Below, piece by piece: positions 41,063 to 60,300 of a stretch of DNA of 64,000 nucleotides. Made by a program: the position numbers and the translations under genes. The notes under the pieces are model-generated. The model saw nothing but the letters and a program-made list of their open reading frames with translations, ran no database searches and was not told where the DNA came from. Every line of letters starts with the position of its first letter. The first letter of the stretch is position 1. This stretch comes from Macrostomum lignano (lineage: Eukaryota), in contig NIVC01003993.1 of the NCBI GenBank assembly GCA_002269645.1, positions 2,038 to 66,037 of the forward strand, written 5' to 3'.

Positions 41063-41615
41063 GTTGTATACATGTAGTTGTAATTCTGCCTTCCCTGCTG
41101 CGCTGCTCCGCGTCGCGCTGCATAGATATTTCCTTGTCGCGTTGCACCATACTGCGCCATGTCGCGCCGCCGCGCGACTTCCCGCGCCGCCGCACGACCT
41201 TCTGCGCTGCGTCGCGCCACCGCGCGCCGCGCCGCACCGCGACCTGGCCACAGCCGCGCCGCGCCGACCTGAAATTTAAAAAACGCGCCGGACGCATGTC
41301 CGGGAAAATGTCACTTTTTCCGTTAGAGAATTATTAACTTTAACTTTTAACTTTTCAGAAGTTAAATTTTGGGCAAAAGTTAAATAATTAACTAGTTACA
41401 GTTAATTATTTTGGAGCAATTAAATTAACTTTTTAACTTTTAACGAGTTAAAAAAATTGATTAACTTGCCCAGCACTGCAAAACTGACACTCTATGGTTT
41501 GTGTACCTAAAAAGTCCGCTTCATTTTTGACAACTCCGAATCAATATTGAACAGTTTACAATCGATTTTGACTAAGAAAAGATTTTAACAATTTTTACTA
41601 AGATTTCTCTCCTGA

Positions 41616-42134
41616 GGGGGGGTACTTGCTATTTGGGAGAAGGGGTACTGGCTGCATGTATCTACGAGTACATGTATGGGAATATTTCTATCCAGGGATG
41701 CTTGCTAGAGTCCCTGCTCTCTCAAGGGACTCTAGCAAAAGGCCGGTCATTTAACATCCCAAGACAGCAAGCATCCACCCAGATAGCAAGCATCCACCCA
41801 GACAGCAAGCATCCACCCAGATAGCAAGCATCCTGCAGATAGCAAGCATCCCTCAGATAGAAGCATCTACCCAGATAGCAAGCATCCACCCAGATAGCAA
41901 GCATCCACCCAGACAGCAAGCATCCACCCAGATAGCAAGCATCCACCCAGATAGCAAGCATCCACCCAGATAGCAAGCATCTACCCAGATAGCAAGCATT
42001 CACCCAGATAGCAAGCATCCACCCAGATAGCAAGCATTCACCCAGATAGCAAGCATCCACCCAGATAGCAAGCGTGCACCCAGATAGCAAGCATCCTGCA
42101 GATAGCAAGCATCCCCCAGATAGCAAGCATCCCC
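41616..42134. repeat. TIR-bounded element whose right part is a 20-bp tandem array (CCCAGATAGCAAGCATCCAC)
   Basis: Left end GGGGGGTACTTGCTATTTGGG is the inverse of the array unit. Confidence 0.7.
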
Positions 42135-42151
42135 AAAAAATATACAATAAA

Positions 42152-42341
42152 GCATTACCTTGCCGACCCCATGGCAAACCAGAAGCAGTGGCATTGGCGG
42201 CAGCAGCATCAGCAGCAGCTGCTATCCTGCGTATGCGAGCACTTCTGGCCTGACTATCAAGGTCAGCATTGGCTTCATAGAGTGTATGAGCTGGTATTGG
42301 GCCAGATATGCCAGATGCGACCCAGCCACTCGAGGACATTG
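42152..42341 (-). CDS. Possible isolated exon (Ala-rich), gene unassigned
   Basis: TTCAG acceptor, open frame SSSGW..RIRRIAAAADAAAANA.., and AAG|GTAATG donor. Confidence 0.35.
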
Positions 42342-43289
42342 CTGAAGTAGAGATCTATTGGTTAATACATAACACAATAGAAGATTTATAAATCAAAGAG
42401 GCTGAGATGAGATGTTTTGATATTTTTCTTTGACTAAAATTCTCAAAAGTTTAGGTCAAAGGGTATGTGTAGATATAAGGGCTAAAAGCAAAAGGATCTA
42501 GATTCCAGACAAGAATTTACTAGTATGATAAATATAATAATAATTATTATTGATTACAACTGCCCCAATGGGGCCAGTTTTGCAGCCGACAGCTAAAAAG
42601 ACTACATATGGCTATTCAGTCCAAGGACTGGGGTCCCATGCACACCCTTAATCACCCCACCTATTGCTTTACCCATTTTACAGCTGGGTGAACTGAAGCA
42701 GTACGTGGACACTTTTCAATGTTGCTGAGTGTATCTGCCACAAATTGAACGAGCGCTAAAAGATAAATTAAAGCTAAGGAAAAGGGTTTCTTGGCCATTT
42801 TCATCCATTTCTTAAGGTGGGACGACGATTTTCTATTGGTCGGCAATGTCCACCGAAAATTTTTGTGCTGATTAGTGAGAGTCCAATGTCTCTACTTGTA
42901 GAAGTCAAATTGCTAGGAGATAGCCTAAAATGCAATCATCATTCACCACTCCTCTCTCCCCTCCTCTGGCCCCACAAGTCATGCACTCGATTCTGGGATA
43001 AGTCTTTGAGGATAGGCCTTTGATGATTTCAGGTCCTCTTTAGAACCCCCCTCCCCTAACCCTAGCAGCGAGAAATTCCGTGATGGACTCCATCACCTGA
43101 TTGGCGAAGGCTTGATTTTTAACTAGTATAATAGATTAATTTAGTCATACATTCATCATTGATTAATTTAGGCCAACTTTCTAGTTCTAACTTTTCATGG
43201 GAATTGACGCATTCAACGAGAATTTTAATTATTGTTTTTGCTGATTTCAGCAAGAACATGTAAGATCTACTGCCTATAGACCTGGAAAA

Positions 43290-43560
43290 GAAGATGACGC
43301 CCCTTGGATAAATCGATGGCGCCCCTCGGATAGCGATGTCGCCCTTTGAATACCGATGACGCCCCTTGGATATTGATGGCGCCCCTCGAATAGCGATATG
43401 ACGCCCTTTGAATATCGATGTCGCCCTTTGGATAATGATGGCGCCTATCGATGGTGCCCCTTATGGATATTGATGGCGCCCTTTGATCATATCGATGGCC
43501 TCTTTTGGATATGATGGCGCCCCTTGGATAGCGATGGCGCCCCTCGGATGGCAATGACTC
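43290..43560. repeat. Degenerate ~21-bp tandem repeat (GATGGCGCCCCT..GATAT)
   Basis: About 12 units. Confidence 0.85.
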
Positions 43561-43790
43561 CCATAGCAATTTGGCGGCCCCATTCTTCTACTAAATATTT
43601 TATTCACGAAATTGATTACAGCAATAACATTAGCCATTATTAATACTTATTTCTATTTATTGCTCAACACTTGATTGGATTGTCACTTTAGGAGAGTATT
43701 ACATCTTGAACTGTGTTATTTTGGAGTGTAATTTTGCACAACAGTGAAGAGTGAAGATATTCTGTTTCACGTTTTTTAGGGTCACAGTGC

Positions 43791-44171
43791 CTAGCACCGA
43801 TCGAGCAGCCTCTTGTCGTGGCAGGTCAGCATGGGTTTTGAGAAAGTCTCAAACACAAGCATGGCAGCTTTGCCGCCGCAAAATTCATCGTTGTTCCCAG
43901 AGCAGGTGCTCCTGCACAACTCCGCCTTAGGTAGAGGAGAATCTAGGTAAAGTTTCGAGTTGCCGCAGTAACATTCGGAACCACGGTACAGGCCAAAATA
44001 CTTGAGGTATCGCTTTCTGCACGTTATCTGGCAGACACTGTGCGACATGAACTTTCGACTGTCTGCAGTTGTGACTTGGTGGCCAAGGACCGGCTGCCTT
44101 ACCGTTGTCGGAAAACAGCCGACCAATTTCCCTGGGGACAATGTTTTAGTAGACTTTAAAGTTGAGTTCAT
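43791..44171 (-). CDS. WSC (carbohydrate-binding) domain ORF, possibly a terminal exon
   Basis: LVGCF..MSHSVCQITC..YFGLYRGSECYCGN..C...CSGNNDEFCGG...VF fits the WSC cysteine pattern. Confidence 0.88.
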   Translation of the reverse strand: MNSTLKSTKTLSPGKLVGCFPTTVRQPVLGHQVTTADSRKFMSHSVCQITCRKRYLKYFGLYRGSECYCGNSKLYLDSPLPKAELCRSTCSGNNDEFCGGKAAMLVFETFSKPMLTCHDKRLLDRC

Positions 44172-44329
44172 TTTTGAAAAAAAGGAATTGTGAGGGAAAT
44201 AGTTCCATGCAAATACCCTTCGATTCGGGGAAATCCTCGATTACGGAATTCCTAAAAATGGAAAACCCTCAATAAGGGAATCCTGAATGCGGGAAATCCT
44301 ATTCCAATATGTGGAGAAATCCTCTGTAG

Positions 44330-44710
44330 GGAAATCCTCGATAGGGGAATCCTCAACAGGGGAATCTTCGACAGGGAGATCCTCGATAGACGATAGGGGA
44401 ATTCTCCATTGGGAAATCTTCGATAGGGGGATCCTCCACAGGGAAATCCTCGATAGGGGGATCCTCCACAGGGAAATCCTCGATAGAGAAATTATCCATT
44501 GGGAAATCCTCGATAGGGGGATCCTCCACAGGGAAATCCTCGATAGGGGGATCCTCCACAGGGAAATCCTCGATAGGGAAATCCTCGATAGGGGATAGGG
44601 GGTCCTCCACAGGGAAATCCTCGATAGGGAAATTCTTCATATGGAATGATCGATAGGGGGATCCTCCACAAGGAAATCCTCGATAGGGAAATCCTCGATA
44701 GTGGAATCCT
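44330..44710. repeat. 15/30-bp tandem repeat (GGGAAATCCTCGATAGGGGGATCCTCCACA)
   Basis: Direct reading. Confidence 0.9.
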
Positions 44711-45419
44711 CAATGGAGGATTCCAGAGAGATTCCCTGGATAATGGAAATCTTCGACATGAGCAATTTCAATTAAGGAAATCCTTAATAAAGGGAATTAT
44801 CTTTAAGGCTCGTTCACACCGCCATCAAAAAGCCCAAAAAATAAACACACACGACTTGCACATCAACTTTAATTTTTTTGTACATCGGTCGTGCAATTTA
44901 ACACGGGAAATCCTCACGAAGATTGCGAATCTGACGATTATTTTAACAAGCATATAACTTACATTTAGAGAACTCCTGATCAGGTGTATCCGACCAGGAA
45001 ACCTGGAGCTGACTTATGACGACAATAATTATCAAGATGCAGCTTAGTAAGCGCATTGTTAGCAAGCAGCGAGTGATTTCGTACAGATCAGAGTTTTCTT
45101 TAACCAAGTTTATTTACTAAAACATTTCAACTTAATACTTATTCGATTCGAAGTAATTTAAAAAAGTAAATTTGTTTCGAAACCGCTTAGAAGCAGAAAT
45201 TGATCAGAAATTCTTTAAGCGAATGGAATGTTTAATACATTCTAATCTAGCGAATGACTGGAAGAGCCTTATGCTATAGATGCCATGCTACCGTTCCTGC
45301 ATATTTACGACTCATGGAGTTTGAAAAATTGCATCTGGGGTGAACTTAGACAACCCCACATGCATAAGAGTACGTCTGCACGTGTGGAGCATTGAATTTT
45401 GTGGTTTCAAAACAAACCT

Positions 45420-46130
45420 GGGGAGTGGCAGCTGTGCCTCATTGAAGTATCTGAGGAGTGGCAGCTGTGCATCACTGAAGTATCTGAGGAGTGGCAGCTG
45501 TGCATCACTGAAGTATCGGAGGAGTGGCAGCTGTGCGTCACTGAAGGACATGAGGAGTGGCAGCTGTGCATCACTGAAGGACATGAGGAGTGGCAGCTGT
45601 GCGTCACTGAAGGACATGAGGAGTGGCAGCTGTGCATCACTGAAGGACATGAGGAGTGGCAGCTTGCCTCACTGAAGGACCTGAGGAGTGGCAGCTGTAC
45701 CTCACTGAAGTCTGAGGAGGGGTAGCTGTGCATCACTGAAGGACATGAGGAGTGGCAGCTGTGCATCACTGAAGGACATGAGGAGTGGCAGCTGTGCCTC
45801 ACTGAAGGACCTGAGGAGTGGCAGCTGTACCTCACTGAAGTCTGAGGAGGGGCAGCTGTGCATCACTGAAGGACATGAGGAGTGGCAGCTGTGCATCACT
45901 GAAGTATCTGAGGAGTGGCAGCTGTGCGTCACTGAAGTATCTGAGGAGTGGCAGCTGTGCGTCACTGAAGTATCTGAGGAGTGGCAGCTGTGCCTCACTG
46001 AAGTATCTAAGAAGTGGCAGCTGTGCATCACTGAAGTATCTGAGGAGTGGCAGCTGTGCATCACTGAAGGACATGAGGAGTGGCAGCTTTGCCTCACTGA
46101 AGTATCTAAGAAGTGGCAGCTGTGCCTCAT
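45420..46130. repeat. 33-bp minisatellite (GAGGAGTGGCAGCTGTGCATCACTGAAGTATCT), ~21 copies, just downstream of the TAF1A-like stop
   Basis: Direct reading. Confidence 0.96.
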
Positions 46131-46303
46131 TAAAGAACCCCAAGAGACCATAAAATCAACGAATGATTTGTTATTTTTTATATAAAAATGATCAAGCACA
46201 AAAGAAGTGCAATTGAGTTTTTGCTTATATATTTACATGCAGAGAAAACACAGTCAATTTGAAAACACCCTAAGCACGCCCTGAAGCATTTGTCAGTTAT
46301 TAA

Positions 46304-54441
<8,138 letters not shown>

Positions 54442-54639
54442 CTAACCTATGTAACTAAACGCAAATCAATAAAAGAAACTGGAATAGTAAATAATTGTAT
54501 AGTAAACTGTTATAAAGTATTATTTGGTTATAAACTATACATTTCTTTTTAAAATATAATGCAAACTAGATATATCATCAGACAGGAAACTATTAAAAGC
54601 ATACTATGAAACATAGATAAACAGATGAGAGCTTGCTCC

Positions 54640-55160
54640 GCAATTGAGGATCTGCGAGGCTGGCCCAGCAACTGATCTGGGAGGCTGGCCCAGCAACTTA
54701 GGATCTGGGAGGCTGGCACAGCAACTGGGGGTCTGGGAGGCTGGCCCAGCAACTGATGATCTGGGAGGCTGGCTCAGCAACTGACACTCTGGGAGGCTGG
54801 CCCAGCAACTGACACTCTGGGAGGCTGCCCCAGCAACTGACACGGGAGGCTGGCCCAGTAACTGAAGATCTGGGAGGCTGGCCCAGTAACTGAAGATCTG
54901 GAAGGCTAGCCCAGCAACTGAGGATCTGGGAGGCTGGCCCAGCAACTGAGGATCTGGGAGGCTGGCCCAGCAACTGAGGATCTGGGAGGCTGGCCCAGTA
55001 ACTGAAGATCTGGGAGGCTGGCCCAGTAACTGAAGATCTGGAAGGCTAGCCCAGCAACTGAGGATCTGGGAGGCTGGCCCAGCAACTGAGGATCTGGGAG
55101 GCTGGCCCAGCAACTGAGGATCTGGGAGGCTGGCCCAGGAACTGAGGATCTGGGAGGCCA
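54640..55160. repeat. 28-bp minisatellite (GGGAGGCTGGCCCAGCAACTGAGGATCT), array A
   Basis: About 18 units starting ~35 bp after the stop at 55193. Confidence 0.96.
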
Positions 55161-55192
55161 TCATTTTCAATGGAAAGAAGTCTACAACACAG

Positions 55193-55705
55193 TCAATCAG
55201 ACGCCTGCCCTTCCTCCATCATCTGCTGGATGAGATGCCGGAGCACCAGTTTGTAGTCGCGGCTGTACTGCACCCCGGAGCCGCCGCCACTTGCAGTTTT
55301 GTGTTTCCTCCTTCGCTGCACGCAAGCCGCCGCTGACGACGCCGAGGCAGCCGCCCGGTGCTCCGAGCTCGACGCAGCAGACTTCCTTTTCGCCTCTTCG
55401 CGAAGTCGCTTGAGCCGTCGACGAACCCGGCGCTCCGTAGCTGCCACGGCTTCTTCAGTTGCTGGGGTAGAACCCGATGCCAATGGTTGACCTTCGGCTG
55501 CTGGCATCGAGGAATTCGAAGCTTCAAACGACGATGTCTGTCGCGAATGCTCACCTCTTCTTAAACCATCAACAGTCCAGCCTAACTGGTTCAGAGCATC
55601 AGTGAGCAGGGCTTCGCATTGTGCGACTACTTTGGAAAGTTCTTGAGCATTCGCTGAACTGTAGGAGGGTGGCACTGCGGCTTGGTGTTCTGACTGTTGG
55701 GCCAT
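55193..55705 (-). CDS. 170-aa protein resembling U11/U12 snRNP 48K but lacking the CHHC zinc finger
   Basis: QELSKVVAQCEALLTDALNQLGWTVDGL resembles the SNRNP48 N-terminus; RRRKHK..YSRDYKLVLRHLIQQMME resembles its C-terminal helix (from memory, no alignment run). Confidence 0.55.
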   Translation of the reverse strand: MAQQSEHQAAVPPSYSSANAQELSKVVAQCEALLTDALNQLGWTVDGLRRGEHSRQTSSFEASNSSMPAAEGQPLASGSTPATEEAVAATERRVRRRLKRLREEAKRKSAASSSEHRAAASASSAAACVQRRRKHKTASGGGSGVQYSRDYKLVLRHLIQQMMEEGQASD

Positions 55706-55711
55706 GAATAG

Positions 55712-56570
55712 GGAATAGAAGCTGAACTGGAGTGACCAGAGCAAGCACTGGAGTGAATAGATACTGATCTGGAGTGACCAGAGCACTGGAGTGAATAGAT
55801 ACTGATCTGGAGTGACCAGAGCAGGCACTGGAGTGAATAGAAGCTGATCTGGAGTGACCAGAGCACTGGAGTGAATAGATACTGATCTGAAGTGACCAGA
55901 GCACTGGAGTGAATAGATACTGATCTGGAGTGACCAGAGCAGGCACTGGAGTGAATAGAAGCTGATCTGGAGTGACCAGAGCAAGCACTGGAGTAAATAG
56001 AAGCTGATCTGGAGTGACCAGAGCAAGCACTGGAGTGAATAGAAGCTGATCTGGAGTGAATAGAAGCTGATCTGGAGTGAATAGAAGCTGATCTGGAGTG
56101 ACCAGAGCAAGCACTGGAGTGAATAGAAGCTGAACTGGAGTGACCAGAGCAAGCACTGGAGTGAATAGAAGCTGAACTGGAGTGACCAGAGCAAGCACTG
56201 GAGTGAATAGAAGCTGAACTGGAGTGACCAGAGCAAGCACTGGAGTGAATAGAAGCTGAACTGGAGTGACCAGAGCAAGCACTGGAGTGAATAGAAGCTG
56301 ATCTGGAGTGAATAGAAGCTGATCTGGAGTGACCAGAGCAAGCACTGGAGTGAATAGAAGCTGAACTGGAGTGACCAGAGCAAGCACTGGAGTGAATAGA
56401 AGCTGAACTGGAGTGACCAGAGCAAGCACTGGAGTGAATAGATACTGATCTGGAGTGACCAGAGCAAGCACTGGAGTGAACAGAAGCTGGTCTGGAGTGA
56501 CCAGAGCAAGCACTGGAGTGACCAGAGCAAGCACTGGAGTGAGCAGAAGCTGATCTGGAGTAACAAGCAC
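55712..56570. repeat. 21/42-bp minisatellite (CTGGAGTGACCAGAGCAAGCACTGGAGTGAATAGAAGCTGAT) directly upstream of the 55705 ATG
   Basis: Direct reading. Confidence 0.96.
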
Positions 56571-57014
56571 GGCATTTCAATAATAAAACTCTTGAAAGCT
56601 GTATCCACTATAATAATTACGGTTGTACAATATATTTATTCAATGTAAACTTTTAAATTGCTTAGCGGAAATAAAAAAAAACAAATTTAAAACTTAGTTC
56701 AAAAGCATAGCAAGAACGCCTGGTTGTGTAAGCGCTATGAGCATTATTGTGTGTGTAGACAGGCACATTCTAAGGTGTCTCGTACTGATAAAGCAGTCTG
56801 TAAAGTTAACGTAAAATCATCAAAGCTTAAGGCCATTTAAGGTCAAATTTAATAATGGACGGAATGCTTAATTGTATAGTTTTTTAGGCTAGGCATTTAC
56901 ACGCACACATCTAATTTATGTAAATACACCTTGATAAACTTTATATAATTTACTTGGTAATTACTGCAAATAAGATAGTTGGTTAGATAATGGGATACAG
57001 TAAACAAGGTGGGC

Positions 57015-57350
57015 ATAGCAACTGAGGATATGAGAGGCCCAGAAACTGACACTATGGGATGCTGGTGGCCCAGCAACTGGGGATCTGGGAGGCTAGAGGT
57101 CCAGCAACTGGGGATATGGGAGGCTGGTGGCCCAGCAACTGAGGATCTGGGAGGCTGGCCCAGCAACTGAGAATTTGAGAGGCTGGCCCAGCAACTGAGA
57201 ATCTGGGAGGCTAGAGGCCTAGCAACTGAGGATCTGGGAGGCTGGCCCAGCAACTGAGGGTCTGGGAGGCTGGCCCAGCAACTGAGGATCTGGGAGGCTA
57301 GAGGCCTAGCAACCGAGGATCTGGGAGGCTGGTGGCCCAGCAACTGACGG
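57015..57350. repeat. 28-31-bp minisatellite, array B (same family as 54640-55160)
   Basis: GGGAGGCTGG(TGG)CCCAGCAACTGAGGATCT units starting ~30 bp after the DNAAF4 stop. Confidence 0.93.
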
Positions 57351-57374
57351 ATTCCAGCAACACACTGAAGACAA

Positions 57375-60300
57375 TCAATCGTCCACATCGTCCAGTCCAT
57401 CACCATCATGCTCCTCCTCATCCTTGGCCGCGGCCGCTTCAGTTCGGCGAAGGTCTTCGGCAATCTCGGCATTTTCCGGCTGCAGTCTGGCAGCTTCGCG
57501 CAGTTCAATGACAGCCTTGGCGTTGGCGCCGAGACCGCACAGGGCGGCAGCTCTGCGGCAGTGTGCTCGCACCCTGGCTAGTCGGTTCTGCTCAACAGGC
57601 GGCTGCAACAGCTCTAAGGCTTTGGAAGCGTCTTCCATAGCTTTAAAATAGTTGCCAAGGCGGAGGTGACAGGCCGCTCGATTGGAATAGAGCGAGTGCA
57701 TCTCGCTTTTCAATGAGATCGCGTGCGAATACGCGTTGATAGCGGCTAAGAAATTGCCGGAAGCAAACAGCCGGTTGCCTTTGTCGCGCAGCCAGACTGG
57801 GTCGCGCTCGCGGTCCGACAAGTCGTCCGCGGCGGCATCTCCTGGCTCAGCTGTGGCGTCTGCCTGACGGCGGCGTTCCGCTTGCTTGCGCAGCCACTGG
57901 ATGGTGCATGATTTTGGGTTTACTTGTTACTTTGCGATTTGTTGTTATTAGTGACTCTATCAGGTTGCAGTTTATTGTGGTTGTTGAATCTATGAGGTTG
58001 CAGTTTATTGTGGTTGTTGAATCTATGAGGTTGCAGTTTATTGTGGTTGTTGAATGTATGAGGCTGCAGTTTATTGTGGTTGTTGAATCTATCAGGTTGC
58101 AGTTTATTGTGGTTGTTGAATCTATGAGGTTGCAGTTTATTGTGGTTGTTGAATCTATGAGGTTGCAGTTTATTGTAGTTGTTGAACTTTTGAGGTTGCA
58201 GTTTATTGTGGTTGTTGAATCTATGTCTATGAGGTTGCAGTTTATTGTGGTTGTTGAATCTATGAGGTTGCAGTTTATTGTGGTTGTTGAATCTATGAGG
58301 TTGAAGTTTATTGTGGTTGTTGAATGTATGAGGTTGCAGTTTATTGCGGTTGTTGAACTTTTGAGGTTGCAGTTTATTGTGGTTGTTGAATCTATGTCTA
58401 TGAGGTTGCAGTTTATTGTGGTTGTTGAATCTATGAGGTTGCAGTTTATTGTGGTTGTTGAATCTATGAGGTTGCAGTTTATTGTAGTTGTTGAACTTTT
58501 GAGGTTGCAGTTTATTGTGGTTGTTGAACTTTTGAGGTTGCAGTTTATTGTGGTTGTTGAATCTATGAGGCTGCAGTTTATTGTGGTTGTTGAATCTATG
58601 AGGTTGCAGTTTATTGTGGTTGTTGAATCTATGAGGTTGAAGTTTATTGTGGTTGTTGAATGTATGAGGTTGCAGTTTATTGTGGTTGTTGAACTTTTGA
58701 GGTTGCAGTTTATTGTGGTTGTTGAATCTATGAGGTTGCAGTTTATTGTGGTTGTTGAATCTATGAGGTTGCAGTTTATTGTGGTTGTTGAATCTATGAG
58801 GTTGCAGTTTATTGTGGTTGTTGAATGTATGAGGATGCAGTTTATTGTGATAGTTGAACTTTTGAGGTTGCAGTTTATTGTGGTTGTTGAATGTATGAGG
58901 TTGCAGTTTATTGTGGTTGTTGAATCTATGAGGTTGAAGTTTATTGTGGTTGTTGAACTTTTGAGGTTGCAGTTTATTGTGGTTGTTGAATCTATGAGGT
59001 TGCAGTTTATTGTTGTTGTTGAATCTATGAGGTTGCAGTTTATTGTGGTTGTTGAAATTTTGAGGTTGCAGTTTATTCTGGTTAATAAATCTATGAGGCT
59101 GCAGTTTATTGTGATTGTTGAATCTGAGGCTGCAGTTTATTGTGGTTGCATAATGAGGTTGCAATTGTCCCTCAACATATTATAAATTAATTATTTCACA
59201 CTGATTATTAATTAACCAACGTACCTCCTCTTCCAGCGCCTTCTGCGACTCCCTCTCTGGAGTTGGAAACACCCTGGCAGTGAAGCTGACACCGATGCGG
59301 CCAGGCTCGCGAACTCCCAGCACCGATTCCACCGATATCGGCTGCTTTCGATTTGACTGCGTCAGCTGCTCAACCTGGCGAGTTTCTTCTTCTGAGCTTT
59401 CGTCAGCTGCGAAACTTTTCACGCCTTTTTCCTCCTGCTCTATAGCAGCAGATTCCTCCGCTGCAATCTCTTCGCGAAACACCCGTTTAGCATCCTGACG
59501 CAGACGCTCCTGACGCAGACGAAACTCTTCGAGTTCGCGCATCGCCGAGTCGCGCTCGGCCTGTTTGGCAGCTTCAATTCTGGCTCGATCAGCATCCTCA
59601 AGCTTCATCTGCTCTTTCAGGCTGAGCTGCTCATTGGCTCGGTGGCCGGCTTTGGCCGCGGACTCGGCTGCTTGAAGCCGCTCGGCCAGGCGGACCATCG
59701 ACCGGTCGCGAATCTCACGGGTCACCGATTTGTCCTCTGGGGCAGCGGCGGCGGCGGTGGGATCTTGTTTGTCTGTCCCCTTTCTCTTCTGTCTATTTAC
59801 CTGTCTCTCCCCTCTACCTGTCTCTGCCTCTTTCTCTTCTGTCTATTTACCTGTCTCTCCCCTCTACCTGTCTCTGCCCCTTTCTTTTCTGTCTATTTAC
59901 CTGTCTCTCCCCTCTACCTGTCTCTGCCTCTTTCTCTTCTGTCTATTTACCTGTCTCTCCCCTCTACCTGTCTCTGCCTCTTTCTTTTCTGTCTATTTAC
60001 CTGTCTCTCCCCTCTACCTGTCTCTGCCCCTTTCTCTTCTGTCTATTTACCTGTCTCTCCCCTCTACCTGTCTCTGCCTCTTTCTTTTCTGTCTATTTAC
60101 CTGTCTCTCCCCTCTACCTGTCTCTGCCTCTTTCTCTTCTGTCTATTTACCTGTCTCTCCCCTCTACCTGTCTCTGCCTCTTTCTTTTCTGTCTATTTAC
60201 CTGTCTCTCCCCTCTACCTGTCTCTGCCCCTTTCTCTTCTGTCTATTTACCTGTCTCTCCCTCTACCTGTCTCTGCCTCTTTCTTTTCTGTCTATTTACC

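Larger units (their letters stand above)
39577..41478. mobile_element. Non-autonomous hAT-like element (TIR CAGTGCTGGGC) with TTAACTAGTTAA subterminal repeats
   Basis: 11-bp perfect TIR at 39577 and 41468-41478; TSD not recognisable. Confidence 0.7.
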
